From Deltaproteobacteria bacterium (lineage in GTDB: Bacteria > Desulfobacterota > Dissulfuribacteria > Dissulfuribacterales > QOAL01), in assembly GCA_026986785.1 (NCBI GenBank), contig JALSNW010000025.1, positions 27,014-91,013 of the forward strand: a stretch of DNA of 64,000 bases. The letters run 5' to 3'. Under the pieces are notes generated by a model. The model saw only the letters and a program-made list of their open reading frames with translations, ran no database searches and had not been told where the DNA came from. Both the position numbers and the translations under genes were made by a program. Of the stretch, positions 28,837-38,607 are shown one piece after another. The stretch's first letter is position 1. Each line of letters begins with the position of its first letter.

Positions 28837-29268
28837 ATGAAGGTCGAGACCAGCAGATTTGGTTCCATAGAAATAGACGATGATAAGGTGCTTACCTTTC
28901 CCAAGGGCATACTTGGCTTCCCGGAAGACAGGCGCTATGCCTTGTTGCCCCATGATGAGAAGTCTCCATTTTTTTGGCTTCAGAGCCTGGACAGCCCAGA
29001 GCTGGCCTTTGTGGTAATCAATCCGGCCCTCATACTCGAGGACTACAGTTTCGAGATCCCAACCGACATGGAAAGGGATCTGGACCTGAGGGAGCCGGGC
29101 CAGGCAGAAGTCTTGGTGCTGGTAAGTTTCAGACAGGGCAGTGATGGAAAACCATCGAGCCTTACGGCAAATCTCCTGGGTCCTTTGGTGATAAATGTGG
29201 AGAACAGGAAGGCAATGCAGGCAGTCTTAGATCCCAAAAGATATCCAGTGCGCTACGAATTCTCATAA
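28837..29268 (+). CDS. fliW: flagellar assembly factor FliW
   Basis: SRFGSIEIDDDKVLTFPKGILGFPE...FFWLQSLDSPELAFVVINP. Confidence 0.95.
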   Translation: MKVETSRFGSIEIDDDKVLTFPKGILGFPEDRRYALLPHDEKSPFFWLQSLDSPELAFVVINPALILEDYSFEIPTDMERDLDLREPGQAEVLVLVSFRQGSDGKPSSLTANLLGPLVINVENRKAMQAVLDPKRYPVRYEFS

Positions 29269-29481
29269 GAGTCCATCTATTGCGCCATCGATCTTAGTCC
29301 ATCCACTTGGGGCAGACCTTTTTTGTTTCACCATCTATTGTCTGGGATAGTCCTCAAATGGATCCTTCCTGGCCATAACTACCTTAAATAAAAAGAAGTA
29401 TCTTCGTGGACAATTTTTGTGAATGATTTGGGTCAAAGTACGGTGTTGTAATTGGCCATGATTTAATGTTAATAAGAACCC

Positions 29482-29943
29482 ATGAGATGTCCTTTCTGTA
29501 ATCATGAAGGTTCCAAGGTGGTGGATTCCAGGCCTGCAAGAAATGGTAGGGCCATTAGGAGACGTAGGGAGTGTCTCAAGTGTGGGGAACGCTTTACCAC
29601 ATACGAGCAGTTGGAAGAGTTTCAGCCCATGGTGGTGAAAAAGGACGGGCGCCGGGAGGCCTTTGAGAGAAGAAAGGTGATAGAGGGAATACTCAAGGCC
29701 TGCGAAAAGAGGCCTATCAGTATAAATAAGGTCGAGGCCTTTGTTGATGACCTGGAAAGATATATCCAGGAAAAGGGGGTCGCCGAGATCGACAGCAGGG
29801 TTATCGGTGAGAAGGTGATGGCCCAGTTGAGGGATTGGGACGACGTCGCCTATGTCCGTTTTGCCTCTGTGTACAAACAGTTCAAGGATCTCAAAGAATT
29901 CATGGAGCAGCTTCAAGAGTTGCTGGCCAGGGACTCTTCATAA
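29482..29943 (+). CDS. nrdR: transcriptional repressor NrdR
   Basis: MRCPFCNHEGSKVVDSRP...RRRECLKCGERFTTYE zinc ribbon followed by an ATP-cone. Confidence 0.95.
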   Translation: MRCPFCNHEGSKVVDSRPARNGRAIRRRRECLKCGERFTTYEQLEEFQPMVVKKDGRREAFERRKVIEGILKACEKRPISINKVEAFVDDLERYIQEKGVAEIDSRVIGEKVMAQLRDWDDVAYVRFASVYKQFKDLKEFMEQLQELLARDSS

Positions 29944-30213
29944 GATTGTTTTCACGTCTTTTTGCAACTTCTTTTCTTTCATCAGTAAATATCAAGACAA
30001 TTTTCTTGCAAATCCCATCGGCTTTTACTAAAAAATCAGACCGGAGAACAGATCCCTGGTCAGGATACAGGGAAAGGACCGGCCAATCGGTTTGTAGCCG
30101 GAAACATGGATTTCAGGTGGTTTGTCTATTAATTGCTCAGGACGTATCGTATAGGAGTTAAGTCGTATTTTTTGATAACCTGAAGTCCAAATTCAAACAG
30201 GAGTTTTTCTAAG

Positions 30214-32787
30214 ATGCCCAAGGCCTTAAGGTGGAAATTTGCCCTATTAGCGTTTCTCGTGGTGGCTTCAGTAGTCCTCGTAATACCCTCTTTCTATCCG
30301 AACACACCGCAATGGTTCAAGAAATATGTCTATCAGGAAGGGCTCAAGCTGGGTCTGGACCTCCAGGGAGGGATGCACCTCATATTGAAGGTGGATGTGG
30401 ATCAGGCAGTACGAAATGCTGCTGAACTCTATAGTCAAGACCTGAAGGATGCCCTGAAACGGCAGAATATCACGGTGGTGAGGAGAAAGAGCGAGAATCC
30501 TGATGAGATACTCTTGGCTGTTCCCAACAAGAGTGCCCTCGAGAAGATAAAAGAGGTGATCAAGGAGGATTTTCCCAATCTCCAGATAAAAAATATCAAT
30601 GAAGAGGCCCGTTTCCCCACCATCACCTTGACCCTTTCTCCAAAGGAGGAAAAATTCATAAGGGAACATGCTGTTGAGCAATCCCTTGAAATCATAAGAA
30701 ACAGGATAGACCAGTTTGGGGTTACCGAACCCGTTATCGTTCGCCAGGGTGAGGATGAGATCGTTGTCCAGCTGCCAGGGGTCAAAGACCCAGAAAGGGC
30801 CATCAAGCTCATAGGCCAGACAGCACAGCTTGAGTTCAAGTTGGTGGACGATGACACACCTGTAGATCTCAGGAGCTTGATCAGGCAGGCCATAGAAAGT
30901 GGGCGTTTGCCAGTCCACTATGATGTAAATCAGCTCAATGCAGTATTGAAGGGCCAGATACCAAGGGGGGACAAGATCTACTTCATGAGAGAGGTGGATA
31001 GCCGCACGGGGCGCGTGAGCAATGTGCCTATCCTGCTCAAGGACAAGACCCTGATGACAGGAGATGCGGTGAAGACTGCACATGTACGCATCGGGGGCAA
31101 TTACAACGAGCCCTATGTTGCCCTGGATCTCACTGACAGAGGGGCCAGGATCTTTGCCAAGATCACAGGGGAAAACGTGGGCAAACGTCTGGCAATCGTC
31201 CTCGATGGTGTCGTGCGCTCTGCTCCAGTAATAAGGGAGAAGATCGGAGGTGGTCATGCCCAGATTTCTGGTTCGTTCACCCATGAAGAGGCGGCTGATC
31301 TGGCAATTGTCTTGAGAGCCGGCGCCCTTCCTGCACCGGTCAAGATAATACAAAATGTCACAGTTGGCCCATCTCTCGGGCGAGATTCCATACAAAAGGG
31401 CCTGCTATCAGGTATTGCTGGTGCCTGTTTTGTCATACTGTTCATGGTGGTCTACTACAGGCTTTCTGGATTTATAGCCGATGTCGCCATACTCCTGAAC
31501 CTGGTGTTTCTCATGGCAGTATTGGCCCTTTTCCAGGCAACCCTGACTCTTCCAGGTATTGCTGGTATCATCTTGACCATTGGTATGGGTGTTGACTCGA
31601 ACGTGCTCATATTTGAACGAATGAGGGAGGAAAAGGCCCTTGGAAAGCCTCTCAAGGCGTTCATAGACGGTGGTTACGACAAGGCCTTCTGGACCATTGT
31701 GGATGCCCATGTCACCACCCTCATTACAGCACTTGCCCTTTTCTTGTTTGGTACAGGTCCTATAAAGGGGTTTGCTGTGACCTTGTCCGCAGGTATTATC
31801 ATCAATCTCTTCACGGCAATCTATGCCACGAGATGGGTCTATGACCTCCTTCTCTACAAGAAGGCCCTCAAGGATCTGTCTTTCCTCCAGATAGTGAAGA
31901 AGACCAATATCGATTTTATCGGAAAGAGAAATATTTCTCTGGCCATATCTGCAGTGCTGGTGACCCTGGGGCTTTTTGCATTTGTGCAGATCAATCGAGG
32001 GGCGGCCAATCTTGGTGTCGATTTCGCAGGTGGCACAATGGTTCAGTACAAGGCTGATAAGCCCTTTGGACTTGAAAAGGTGAGGGCTGCCTTGGAGAAG
32101 GCCAAACTCTCCGGATATGCCCTACAAGAAGTCCCCAAGGAAAATGTCCTCATAGTCAGGGTCAAAAAGTCCGTAGCAACAGTGGGTGATATAGAGGCAA
32201 ATATTACCAAGGCCCTCAAGGCAGGGTTGCCAGGATACAAGTTCACCATCGAGAGCAAGACAGAGATTGGTTCAACTGTCAGCAGAGAGCTCAGGAAAAA
32301 GGCCATAACCGCAATCCTTATATCCCTTGCAGGTATAATCGGTTATCTGGCCTTTAGATTCAATCTTAGTTTTGGTGTGGCAGCAGCCATAGCCACGTTT
32401 CACGATGTCTTGGCAGTGCTCGGTGTGTTCTACCTCTTGGACAAGGAGATAACCTTGCTTATTGTTACCGCACTTCTCACCCTGGCAGGTTACTCCTTGA
32501 CCGATACCGTAGTAGTCTTCGACAGGATAAGGGAGAACCTGAAAAAACACAGGAAGCTCCCCTTTGCGGAGATCATAAACAGGAGTGTTAACGAGATGCT
32601 GAGCAGGACGATTATCACCTCGCTCACTACGCTGATAGTGGTCCTGTCCCTCTATTTCTTCGGTGGGGTGGTCATACATGATTTTGCATTTGCCCTCATG
32701 CTTGGCATCATAGTAGGTACATATTCTTCCGTATTTGTGGCAAGCCCTATCGTGTATATATGGCACAAGGGAAAGGCCCCGAAATAG
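30214..32787 (+). CDS. secDF: fused protein-export membrane protein SecDF
   Basis: 857 aa. The SecD periplasmic and TM region is followed by a SecF-like half (GVDFAGGT...). Confidence 0.95.
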   Translation: MPKALRWKFALLAFLVVASVVLVIPSFYPNTPQWFKKYVYQEGLKLGLDLQGGMHLILKVDVDQAVRNAAELYSQDLKDALKRQNITVVRRKSENPDEILLAVPNKSALEKIKEVIKEDFPNLQIKNINEEARFPTITLTLSPKEEKFIREHAVEQSLEIIRNRIDQFGVTEPVIVRQGEDEIVVQLPGVKDPERAIKLIGQTAQLEFKLVDDDTPVDLRSLIRQAIESGRLPVHYDVNQLNAVLKGQIPRGDKIYFMREVDSRTGRVSNVPILLKDKTLMTGDAVKTAHVRIGGNYNEPYVALDLTDRGARIFAKITGENVGKRLAIVLDGVVRSAPVIREKIGGGHAQISGSFTHEEAADLAIVLRAGALPAPVKIIQNVTVGPSLGRDSIQKGLLSGIAGACFVILFMVVYYRLSGFIADVAILLNLVFLMAVLALFQATLTLPGIAGIILTIGMGVDSNVLIFERMREEKALGKPLKAFIDGGYDKAFWTIVDAHVTTLITALALFLFGTGPIKGFAVTLSAGIIINLFTAIYATRWVYDLLLYKKALKDLSFLQIVKKTNIDFIGKRNISLAISAVLVTLGLFAFVQINRGAANLGVDFAGGTMVQYKADKPFGLEKVRAALEKAKLSGYALQEVPKENVLIVRVKKSVATVGDIEANITKALKAGLPGYKFTIESKTEIGSTVSRELRKKAITAILISLAGIIGYLAFRFNLSFGVAAAIATFHDVLAVLGVFYLLDKEITLLIVTALLTLAGYSLTDTVVVFDRIRENLKKHRKLPFAEIINRSVNEMLSRTIITSLTTLIVVLSLYFFGGVVIHDFAFALMLGIIVGTYSSVFVASPIVYIWHKGKAPK

Positions 32788-32849
32788 AATGGGCCCTTTT
32801 GGACAAGGCTCACTTGTCGGCTCCGGCCTTGTTGACTTGATGGCGAGAA

Positions 32850-34109
32850 ATGGAACAACTTGAAATCAAGGGAGGTCATGCCCTCAAGGGCAGTGTCAGG
32901 ATCAGCGGTGCCAAGAACGCTGCTCTTCCCATGCTTGCTGCAACACTCTTGGCCCAAGGGATGTTTCGTCTTCGGGATGTGCCGTCCTTAGAAGACGTAA
33001 ATACCTTCATACGGCTCCTGGAAGAGCTTGGTTTTACCTTTGATGCAGGGGAAGACAATCAATTGGCCATAGACTCTTCAGGGCTGTCCAGCCATGAAGC
33101 CCCCTATGAGTTGGTGCGGATGATGAGGGCATCTGTCTTGGTGCTGGGGCCATTGGTGGCACGTCTTGGAAAGGCAAGGGTGGCCCTGCCAGGTGGATGT
33201 GCCATAGGTGCCAGACCCATAGATTTTCATCTCAAGGGCCTGGAACTCATGGGGGCGAAATTGACCCTCAAGGAAGGCTATGTAGATGCCAGGGCCAGGC
33301 GTCTTTCTGGTGCAAGGATCTATTTCGATATCCCCTCGGTCACTGCAACAGAAAATCTCATGATGGCGGCCTGTTTGGCAAATGGCAAGACCGTTCTGGA
33401 GAATGCCGCCAGGGAACCAGAGGTGGTTGCCCTGGGGCAGATGCTCCAGGAGATGGGGGCCAATATTAGAGGCCTTGGCACAGAGACTGTTGTCATCGAA
33501 GGGGTGAGGGAACTCAAGCCTGTGGATTGGAAGATCATCCCCGACAGGATAGAGGCAGGTACCTATCTCATGGCAGTTGGCGCAGCAGGTGGGCAACTGA
33601 TACTCGAAAACGTGGTGCCATCCCATCTCGAGGCCATAATAGGCAAACTCAGAGAGGCGGGATTGTCGATTGATGTATTGGATGAGACCACAGTCAAGGT
33701 CAGGAAACGGGGTAGGTTGAAGAGTGTGGATGTCAAGACCCTCCCCTATCCTGGCTTTCCAACGGATCTACAGGCACAGATCATGGTCCTCATGGCGAAT
33801 GCAGGGGGCCTGAGCGTGATAACAGAGACAATCTTTGAAAACCGTTTCATGCATGTGGCAGAGCTCAGGCGTCTTGGTGCCGATATAAGGGTAGAGGGCA
33901 GGAGTGCAATTGTCAGGGGGGTGCCTTCCTTGACTGGTGCACCTGTCATGGCAACGGATCTTCGGGCAAGTGCCTGTCTTGTCCTGGCAGGCCTGGCTGC
34001 AAAGGGTAAGACCACTGTTGCAGGCCTCAACCATCTGAATAGGGGCTATGAACGAATGGATGAGAAATTACGCGAAGCCGGTGCGAGAATAAGGTATGTC
34101 ACAGCCTAA
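32850..34109 (+). CDS. murA: UDP-N-acetylglucosamine 1-carboxyvinyltransferase MurA
   Basis: [14 protein letters not shown], and the active-site motif [13 protein letters not shown]. Confidence 0.95.
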   Translation: MEQLEIKGGHALKGSVRISGAKNAALPMLAATLLAQGMFRLRDVPSLEDVNTFIRLLEELGFTFDAGEDNQLAIDSSGLSSHEAPYELVRMMRASVLVLGPLVARLGKARVALPGGCAIGARPIDFHLKGLELMGAKLTLKEGYVDARARRLSGARIYFDIPSVTATENLMMAACLANGKTVLENAAREPEVVALGQMLQEMGANIRGLGTETVVIEGVRELKPVDWKIIPDRIEAGTYLMAVGAAGGQLILENVVPSHLEAIIGKLREAGLSIDVLDETTVKVRKRGRLKSVDVKTLPYPGFPTDLQAQIMVLMANAGGLSVITETIFENRFMHVAELRRLGADIRVEGRSAIVRGVPSLTGAPVMATDLRASACLVLAGLAAKGKTTVAGLNHLNRGYERMDEKLREAGARIRYVTA

Positions 34110-35127
34110 CAAAGATGCCAACATAGGCGAGAAATACCCCAAGCTAATAGACAGCTTTGGAAGAAAGATCACCTACCTACGGCTTTCGGTTACAGATCGT
34201 TGTAATTTGCGCTGTTTCTATTGTATGCCCCAGGCGGATTTCAACTGGATGCCCTATGAAAACATTCTTCGTTTCGAGGAGATAATACAACTGGTTCGTG
34301 TGCTTGCATGCCAGGGAGTGAGGAAGATCCGGCTTACCGGAGGTGAGCCTTTGGTCAGGAAGGATGTGGTAAGATTGATGGGAGACATCTCTAATCTGGA
34401 GGGTGTAGAAGAGCTGTGTCTCACCACAAATGGAGTCGCCCTCGCTGAATTGGCAGAGGGGCTTTTTGCCATTGGCCTGAGGCATATCAATATCAGCCTT
34501 GATACCCTCAGGAGGGAGCGTTTTCAAGAGATTACGGGTAGGGATCTTTTTGACCGGGTGTGGTCAGGTATACAAAGGTGTATAGAATTGGGATTTTCTC
34601 CCATAAAGATCAATTTTGTAATGATCAAAGGGAAAAATGACGATGAGATAGCTGATTTCGCCCTTCTTGCAGCCAGATACCCAATAGAGGTCCGTTTTAT
34701 CGAATTTATGCCCATTGGACGAGGCTCAAATTGGGGCAGGGACTACTTTTTCTCATCTGACCAGGCCATAGAGCTGATAGAGAAGAGGGCAGGCAAATTG
34801 GTAGTCGAGCAGAGGAGACCTTTTTCAGGGCCTGCCGAGCTTTATTCTCTTAAGGGTGGAAAGGGTACCGTGGGTTTTATAAGTCCTCTCAGCCACAGAT
34901 TTTGTAGCGAATGCAATCGTCTAAGGATCACTGCCGATGGCAGGTTGCGTCTGTGCCTTTTTTCTGACAGAGAGATCCTCCTGAGACAGATGCTCAGAGA
35001 TGGCATAGGCCAAAAGGACTTGGCTCAATTTCTTGCAAAAGCAGTGATGAAAAAGCCAGCTCGGTACCTGGCCAAGGATTACGATGTCCCCCATTGTGAC
35101 AGGACGATGTCATCTATAGGGGGTTAA
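34096..35127 (+). CDS. moaA: GTP 3',8-cyclase MoaA (radical SAM)
   Basis: CNLRCFYCMP radical-SAM motif and C-terminal CSECNRLRITADGRLRLCLF. Overlaps murA by 14 nt. Confidence 0.9.
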   Translation: MSQPNKDANIGEKYPKLIDSFGRKITYLRLSVTDRCNLRCFYCMPQADFNWMPYENILRFEEIIQLVRVLACQGVRKIRLTGGEPLVRKDVVRLMGDISNLEGVEELCLTTNGVALAELAEGLFAIGLRHINISLDTLRRERFQEITGRDLFDRVWSGIQRCIELGFSPIKINFVMIKGKNDDEIADFALLAARYPIEVRFIEFMPIGRGSNWGRDYFFSSDQAIELIEKRAGKLVVEQRRPFSGPAELYSLKGGKGTVGFISPLSHRFCSECNRLRITADGRLRLCLFSDREILLRQMLRDGIGQKDLAQFLAKAVMKKPARYLAKDYDVPHCDRTMSSIGG

Positions 35128-35148
35128 ATAAAAAAGCCAGGAGGTATT

Positions 35149-35601
35149 ATGATCATCCTTGAAGATCTCCTTTATACAGAGGAGCATATTTGGGTAAAGC
35201 CTGACGATAGGCAGGAAAAGGCAGTGATAGGCATCACCGATTATGGTCAAGAGCGGGTAGGGGCGATAGCCTCTATAGACCTGCCAGAATCTGGAGACGA
35301 GTTTGTTGAGACCGATTGTTTTGCCACCTTGGAAAACTCTATAGGGGAGGTCACAGAGCTTTATTCTCCTGTCTCCGGTAGGGTGTTGACGGCAAATGAT
35401 CAACTCATAGACTCGCCCGAACTCATCAACGAGGACCCTTATGACGATGGCTGGCTAATGGTGATGGCCGTTGCCCAACCACAAGAGCTTGATGATCTCA
35501 TGAGTCCGGATGAATATGAAAAGTTCGTGGAAGAACTCAAGATAAAAGAGGAAGAGGAATTAGAAGATGAAGACGATGCCTTGGAGGTCATGGAAGAATG
35601 A
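35149..35601 (+). CDS. GcvH-like protein lacking the lipoyl-lysine, with polyacidic C-terminal tail
   Basis: YTEEHIWV...GITDYGQE...SPVSGRVLTANDQL...DPYDDGWL aligns to GcvH. The ESVK position reads ENSIG (35332-35346). Confidence 0.8.
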   Translation: MIILEDLLYTEEHIWVKPDDRQEKAVIGITDYGQERVGAIASIDLPESGDEFVETDCFATLENSIGEVTELYSPVSGRVLTANDQLIDSPELINEDPYDDGWLMVMAVAQPQELDDLMSPDEYEKFVEELKIKEEEELEDEDDALEVMEE

Positions 35602-36542
35602 GACCCAAGACCGCCTTCCTGTTCCCAGGCCAGGGCTCCCAATACGTTGGGATGGGTAAGGATGTACTCGAAAACCTTTCTGAAGGCAGGCAGTTGTTTC
35701 AGATAGCCGAGAAGGTGACGGGGGTCCCTGTGGCCGAGCTTTGTCTCGAAGGGCCACTGCCAGAGCTGACAAAGACAAGAAATCTCCAGCCCTGTCTCAC
35801 TGCTGTCGATATCCTCTCCTGTATGGCTGCAAGGCATGTTGGTCTCGATGCCCAGGCGGTGGCAGGACACAGCCTTGGAGAGTACCCGGCCCTGTGGGCA
35901 GCCGGAGTCGTCTCTACCGGGGACTGTTTTCGTCTGGTGAAAGAAAGAGGCAGGTTGATGGACGAGGCGGCAGTTGAAAACCCTGGGGCCATGGCCGCTA
36001 TCATTGGTATGGAGAGGGGTGACTTAGAGCAACTTGTCAAAGAGGTAGCTGCCCCAGGGGAGATACTTGCCCTCGCAAACCACAATTCCAGAAAACAGAT
36101 AGTTGTCACAGGTCACAAGGATGCAGTGCATAAGCTTTGTTCAATGGTCAAAAAAGCGGGAAAGAAGGCTATAGTCCTGAAGGTAGCAGGTGCATATCAT
36201 AGCCCCCTGATGCAGGAGGCATCCGATGTGTTTTCAAGAGTGCTCAAAGAAACAGGGTTCAAAAATGCCCAAATCCCTGTTTACAGCAATGTCACTGCAG
36301 AACCAGAGACAGACGCCGAAAGGTTCAAGGGGCTTATGAGTGAACAGATATGTTCACCCGTGAGGTGGTATGAGATTATAAACAACATGTACAGGGACGG
36401 AGTGCGTAATTTTATTGAATTGGGCCCCAAGAAGGTGTTGGCAAACCTTGCCAAGGCCTGCCTTGATGTGGATGATGCAATGTTTTTCAGTGCAGACTCC
36501 CTTGAAGACCTGAATAGTGTGAAAGAGGAGCTCCAGGGGTGA
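35598..36542 (+). CDS. fabD: malonyl-CoA:ACP transacylase FabD
   Basis: FLFPGQGSQYVGMG, and GHSLGEY with the active-site Ser. Confidence 0.95.
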   Translation: MRPKTAFLFPGQGSQYVGMGKDVLENLSEGRQLFQIAEKVTGVPVAELCLEGPLPELTKTRNLQPCLTAVDILSCMAARHVGLDAQAVAGHSLGEYPALWAAGVVSTGDCFRLVKERGRLMDEAAVENPGAMAAIIGMERGDLEQLVKEVAAPGEILALANHNSRKQIVVTGHKDAVHKLCSMVKKAGKKAIVLKVAGAYHSPLMQEASDVFSRVLKETGFKNAQIPVYSNVTAEPETDAERFKGLMSEQICSPVRWYEIINNMYRDGVRNFIELGPKKVLANLAKACLDVDDAMFFSADSLEDLNSVKEELQG

Positions 36543-36561
36543 ATATGAGGATGGAACAGTG

Positions 36562-36765
36562 ATGTATTTTTTGGGAAGACAGAAAGAGGCTACAGGGCTG
36601 AAATGCAAGCAATGTGGTCATGAGCTCGAACTTTGTAGGCGTTGAAGAAATATTGCCCTGCGGTGCCAGGGCTGTGGCAGTGTCTTTTCCATTAGGGAAT
36701 ACTCCAGCGAGTTGACGGATGAGTTGGCAGAACTTCTTGCCTTTTCGCGGGTGGACAGGATATAG
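36562..36765 (+). CDS. candidate small zinc-ribbon selenoprotein (67 codons, in-frame TGA at 36643-36645 read as Sec)
   Basis: Not in the ORF track. ATG is preceded by GAGGA. A single frame reads CKQC...CRR[TGA]...CQGC and then an acidic helix. A hairpin follows the TGA. Confidence 0.45.
36655..36672 (+). promoter_or_regulatory. SECIS-like hairpin GCCCTG-cggtgc-CAGGGC
   Basis: Perfect 6-bp stem starting 9 nt after the TGA. The loop contains GGU. Confidence 0.4.
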
Positions 36766-36806
36766 GGTGGCTGGAGAAATGGCTGCCCACGGTCAGTTTG
36801 TTTTTT

Positions 36807-38354
36807 TCAGGCAAAATTTAGCCTGGGTATCTTTATATCAGCCCTGTCGAGATCCCTGTTCAAGGAGACGAATTCCTTTATCCTGTCCCTTAATTCGTCT
36901 ATCCCCTGACCGCTTTTAGCCGATACCCGAACCGCCGAGATCTTGGATATCCTTTTTCGGGCCCTTTCGTCCAAAAGGTCCATCTTGTTAAGGACAGTTA
37001 TCCTGGGCACCTCTGAAAGGTCCAGTTCCCTCAATATCTCCTCTGTGGCGGCAATCTCTTCCCGAATGAAGGGGCTGGAGGCATCCAGTACATGGATGAA
37101 TGCAGCAGAGTCTTCCAACTCCTCGAGAGTGGCCTTGAAAGCCGTTTTTATATCAGGAGGCATATTGGTTATAAAACCGACTGTGTCAGAAAGGAGCACC
37201 TTTTGATCGTCGAGGTAGAGGGCCTTGGTGGATGGATCGAGGGTGGCGAAAAGTTCATCCCTTACCAGCACGTTGCTTTTCGTGAGTCTGTTCAGAAGGG
37301 TGGATTTCCCAGCATTGGTATATCCTATTATGGAAAATACTGGCATACGATCCCTCGTCCTTTTTTTTCTTATCTGGCTGCGCTGTTTCTCAAGGCCTTT
37401 CAATGCCTTTTCCAAGGAGGTGATACGTTGCTTTATCCTTCTTCTGTCCACCTCGAGTTTCGTCTCTCCAGGGCCTTTACCTCCTATGCCACCCATGAGT
37501 CTGGACATGGCAGTGCCTTTACCCACCAATCTCGGCAGGGTATATCTCAGTTGTGCCAGTTCCACCTGGATCTTTCCACCTCTCGTCTTTGCGTGCCGTG
37601 CAAAGATGTCCAGTATGAGTTGGGTACGGTCGATGACCTTAAGGTCCATCAGCTTGGCAATATTGTTGGCCTGTCTGGGGCTTAGGTTCTGGTCGAAGAC
37701 TATCATGGACACACCCAGGTAAAGACCGGATACCAGGATCTGTTTGAGTTTACCCTTGCCTATCAGGTGTGCAGGGTTGAATTTGGCTACCCTTTGATAG
37801 ATCTTGTCCACTACCTGTATATTGGCTGTCTCTGCCAGTCTCTGGAGCTCATCGAGGCATCTGTTGGCATATGTCTCCCCGTGAGGCCCCGCGTGGACGA
37901 GTATGGCCCGTTCTTCTGCCCCTTTGAGGGCCTTTAGGTGGCATACTCTCTCGATTTCTTGTTCAAGATCGCGTATGAATATGTCAAATCTTGGAGGCAG
38001 GTCCACAACCTGTCTGAAGGTCTCTATCTGCCATTTTTCACCATGGGACCCAGGTGGCAATAGATGGGCCAGGTGGAATCTCCTGGGGAGATGGTCTTTT
38101 ACCTCGATTACCATCATGGCATCCAACCTCAAAAGGGCAAGGTCTGTGAGGTCCTCACTTGTTATGCCTTTGTTTTCACCAAGGCTCGTTCGGATACATC
38201 TCAGGCCCTTCAGCCTGAATGCCCCTCTTCTGAAGTTCTCGAGGTCAGGGATGAAAATGCCATGCCTGTCCCCCACTATGACATGGGTGATGATGCCCTT
38301 TCTGTTTATGAGCAGGGCTGTCTGGCAAGATATGGTACTGGAGATCTCTGCCAT
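36807..38354 (-). CDS. hflX: GTPase HflX with ~140-aa N-terminal extension
   Basis: VIDRTQLILDIFARHAKTRGGKIQVELAQLRY. G1 motif GYTNAGKST. G3 motif DTVGF. G4 motif NKMD. Confidence 0.9.
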   Translation of the reverse strand: MAEISSTISCQTALLINRKGIITHVIVGDRHGIFIPDLENFRRGAFRLKGLRCIRTSLGENKGITSEDLTDLALLRLDAMMVIEVKDHLPRRFHLAHLLPPGSHGEKWQIETFRQVVDLPPRFDIFIRDLEQEIERVCHLKALKGAEERAILVHAGPHGETYANRCLDELQRLAETANIQVVDKIYQRVAKFNPAHLIGKGKLKQILVSGLYLGVSMIVFDQNLSPRQANNIAKLMDLKVIDRTQLILDIFARHAKTRGGKIQVELAQLRYTLPRLVGKGTAMSRLMGGIGGKGPGETKLEVDRRRIKQRITSLEKALKGLEKQRSQIRKKRTRDRMPVFSIIGYTNAGKSTLLNRLTKSNVLVRDELFATLDPSTKALYLDDQKVLLSDTVGFITNMPPDIKTAFKATLEELEDSAAFIHVLDASSPFIREEIAATEEILRELDLSEVPRITVLNKMDLLDERARKRISKISAVRVSAKSGQGIDELRDRIKEFVSLNRDLDRADIKIPRLNFA

Positions 38355-38607
38355 TGCCCTTGCTGCCTCATGGGTAATGATGTGTGAGGCAGGGATGCGC
38401 CTTCTGTAGAGTCTTTCAATGGCCTTTTTTTGGCTGGGAGAAAGTCCTTTTGTGTTTCCGTAAATTTTTGCTATAGTCTATTCACCTCGCTCCATTTAGT
38501 ATATGCAAGCAATTGCCTGCCTTTTTTTAGATGCAGGATTATAATGGGTATTCACATATAACTATTGTACCAGAAGGTTTTTTTTACAAGTTTTTTTCAG
38601 GGATGAG

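Noticed and set aside
29335-29916. 193-aa ORF on the minus strand
   Set aside because: It lies entirely antisense to nrdR, whose zinc-ribbon and ATP-cone identity is unambiguous. The antisense translation shows no recognisable motifs.
30054-30110. GGUCAGG...GAAAGGACCGG, superficially like SRP RNA helix 8
   Set aside because: The flanks of the GAAA do not base-pair into the required helix, and the conserved AGCAGC strand is absent.
30268-31395. 375-aa ORF antisense to secDF
   Set aside because: The SecDF frame is unmistakable. Long antisense ORFs are expected by chance at this base composition, and this one has no SD and no motifs.
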